From an uncultured Planctomycetales bacterium (GTDB lineage Bacteria; Omnitrophota; Gorgyraeia; Zapsychrales; JANLHA01), in NCBI GenBank assembly GCA_964489065.1, contig CAZAXH010000001.1:238592-302591 (forward strand): 64,000 bases of DNA. The letters are read 5' to 3'. Shown here piece by piece: positions 62,701 to 64,000 of this stretch. How positions within the stretch are numbered: the first letter of the stretch is position 1; the number at the start of each line of letters is the position of its first letter. A program made the translations under genes and the position numbers. The notes beneath the pieces are model-generated. The model was not told where the DNA came from, searched no databases, and saw nothing but the letters and a program-made list of their open reading frames with translations.

Positions 62701-64000
62701 TCACAAAATATCCTCGGCTCTCAGGCGCTGGAACAGCTCCCTCGTCAGGACAACCGCATTATAACTCGACCCGCCATATTCCAGAAACACACAAAAAGAA
62801 ACCCGTCTTTTCCCTTCCAGACTGTATCCCGCAAACCAGGCGTGTTCGTCCCTTCCGGGGACGGATTGAGCGGTCCCTGTTTTTCCAAACATTTTAAACC
62901 CGGGCATATCCAAAATCCGGGCCGTCCCGTAAGGGTCTTTGACGGCCCCCAGGAGCCCTTCCTGAATAATCTTAAAAATCTCCTGGTCAAGGGTCACCAG
63001 CCGGACCGTCGAAAACTGAACAATATCCTGCTCGCCGATTCTCTTAATCAAAAACGGCTGCACCTCTTTCCCGCCGCGGCCAATCGTCGTGTTAAGCCGG
63101 GCAATCTGCAGCGGGGTCGCCAACACTTCCCCCTGACCGATGGAATAATTCAACGTATCTCCCTTGTACCAGCCGGTCGGATTCTTGATCCTCCGGAAAC
63201 GGCGGCTGGGGATAAATCCTTTTTCTTCCGCCGGCAAATCCACATGCGTCACATCCCCCAGGCCGAGCAGCCGGGCGTATTTATACAACTGGTCAGGCCC
63301 GATCAATAATCCCGTATTAAAAAAATACACATTGCAGGAATGGGCAATCGCTTCAATAAGATTCTGGTTGTTATGCACATGCGCGCACCGGAATTGCCGC
63401 TTGCCCAAAGTATAATAACCGGGACAGTGGAACGTCGTGTGTTTGGAAATTTTCTTGTTCGCCAACGCCGCGATACTCACAACGATTTTAAAAATTGAGC
63501 CGGGGGGATACTGCCCCTGAATGGCCCGGTTCAACAGCGGCGCCTCCGGGTTGGAATACGCGGAACTGATCTGCCCCCTCAGGCGATGATCCACAAAGAT
63601 ATTAGGATCATATGTCGGGGAGCTGACCATCCCTAAAATTTCCCCGCTGTCAAAATCCATCACGACGATCGCGCCCTTGCGGGGCCCCAGGGCTTCCTGG
63701 GCGATCTGCTGGATGCGGGCGTCAATGGTCAGATGCACATCCTCTCCGTTTTCGGCCTCCCGGATGCTCAGCAGCCTCACCTGCTGGCCGCGGCTGTTCA
63801 CCTCAATCTGCATCCCGCCCTCTTTCCCTTTAAGATAACGGTCATAATATTCTTCAATCCCGGAATAACCGACAATGCTTAAAGGGGTGTACCCGTAGTC
63901 TTTCAATTTCTCCATTTGGGTCCGGTTGATCTTCCCCACCTGGCCGAGGAGATGCGCCCCGACGCTGCCCATGGGGTAATAGCGCCGGTAATGTTCCTGC
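62701..64000 (-). CDS. mrdA: Penicillin-binding protein 2 (transpeptidase), C-terminal part; N-terminus beyond the window
   Basis: SxxK (GSIFK), SxN (SCN) and KTG (KTGTA) motifs. Confidence 0.85.
   Translation of the reverse strand, partial: QEHYRRYYPMGSVGAHLLGQVGKINRTQMEKLKDYGYTPLSIVGYSGIEEYYDRYLKGKEGGMQIEVNSRGQQVRLLSIREAENGEDVHLTIDARIQQIAQEALGPRKGAIVVMDFDSGEILGMVSSPTYDPNIFVDHRLRGQISSAYSNPEAPLLNRAIQGQYPPGSIFKIVVSIAALANKKISKHTTFHCPGYYTLGKRQFRCAHVHNNQNLIEAIAHSCNVYFFNTGLLIGPDQLYKYARLLGLGDVTHVDLPAEEKGFIPSRRFRRIKNPTGWYKGDTLNYSIGQGEVLATPLQIARLNTTIGRGGKEVQPFLIKRIGEQDIVQFSTVRLVTLDQEIFKIIQEGLLGAVKDPYGTARILDMPGFKMFGKTGTAQSVPGRDEHAWFAGYSLEGKRRVSFCVFLEYGGSSYNAVVLTRELFQRLRAEDIL

Noticed and set aside
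1-64000. CRISPR arrays, transposases, integrases, toxin-antitoxin or defense systems
   Set aside because: No direct-repeat/spacer periodicity, no DDE/HUH/tyrosine recombinase-like ORFs, and essentially no unassigned coding space. The window is core genome plus a pilus cluster.

Overview
This 64 kb window is a dense, almost entirely minus-strand block of core housekeeping genes from a bacterium of about 50% GC. All real genes found read from high to low coordinate. I cannot assign a phylum from sequence alone.

In transcription order the window contains:
- mrdA (3' part) and rodA
- a 171-bp structured noncoding repeat
- a type IVa pilus cluster: MshEN-like domain protein, two tandem PilB/GspE ATPases, pilC, a 524-aa secreted coiled-coil protein, a candidate small RNA, pilA, a possible 46-aa leader ORF, and pilMNOPQ
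- rng, rplU, obg, proB, proA, nadD, a phosphoglucomutase-family gene, plsC, rpsA, tyrS
- tRNA-Thr, rpmG, tRNA-Trp, secE, nusG, rplKAJL, rpoB, rpoC
- rpsL, rpsG, fusA, tuf and the full S10-spc-alpha ribosomal operons
- an aminotransferase, pilT, an IDH-family dehydrogenase, lipB with a stand-alone lipoyl-domain protein, and a UgtP-like glycosyltransferase
- a second, inverted copy of the noncoding repeat
- an lpxL-like gene that runs off the left edge

I found no CRISPR array, no mobile element, no rRNA and no obvious defense island. All plus-strand ORFs of 60 aa or more in the track look like shadow ORFs of minus-strand genes.

The most interesting non-obvious signals are:
- the two-copy structured noncoding element
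- a promoter-to-terminator orphan transcript inside the pilus cluster
- an uncharacterised secreted coiled-coil protein between pilC and pilA
- a stand-alone MshEN-like domain ahead of duplicated pilus ATPases
- several unusual extensions and overlaps in the ribosomal and RNA polymerase genes
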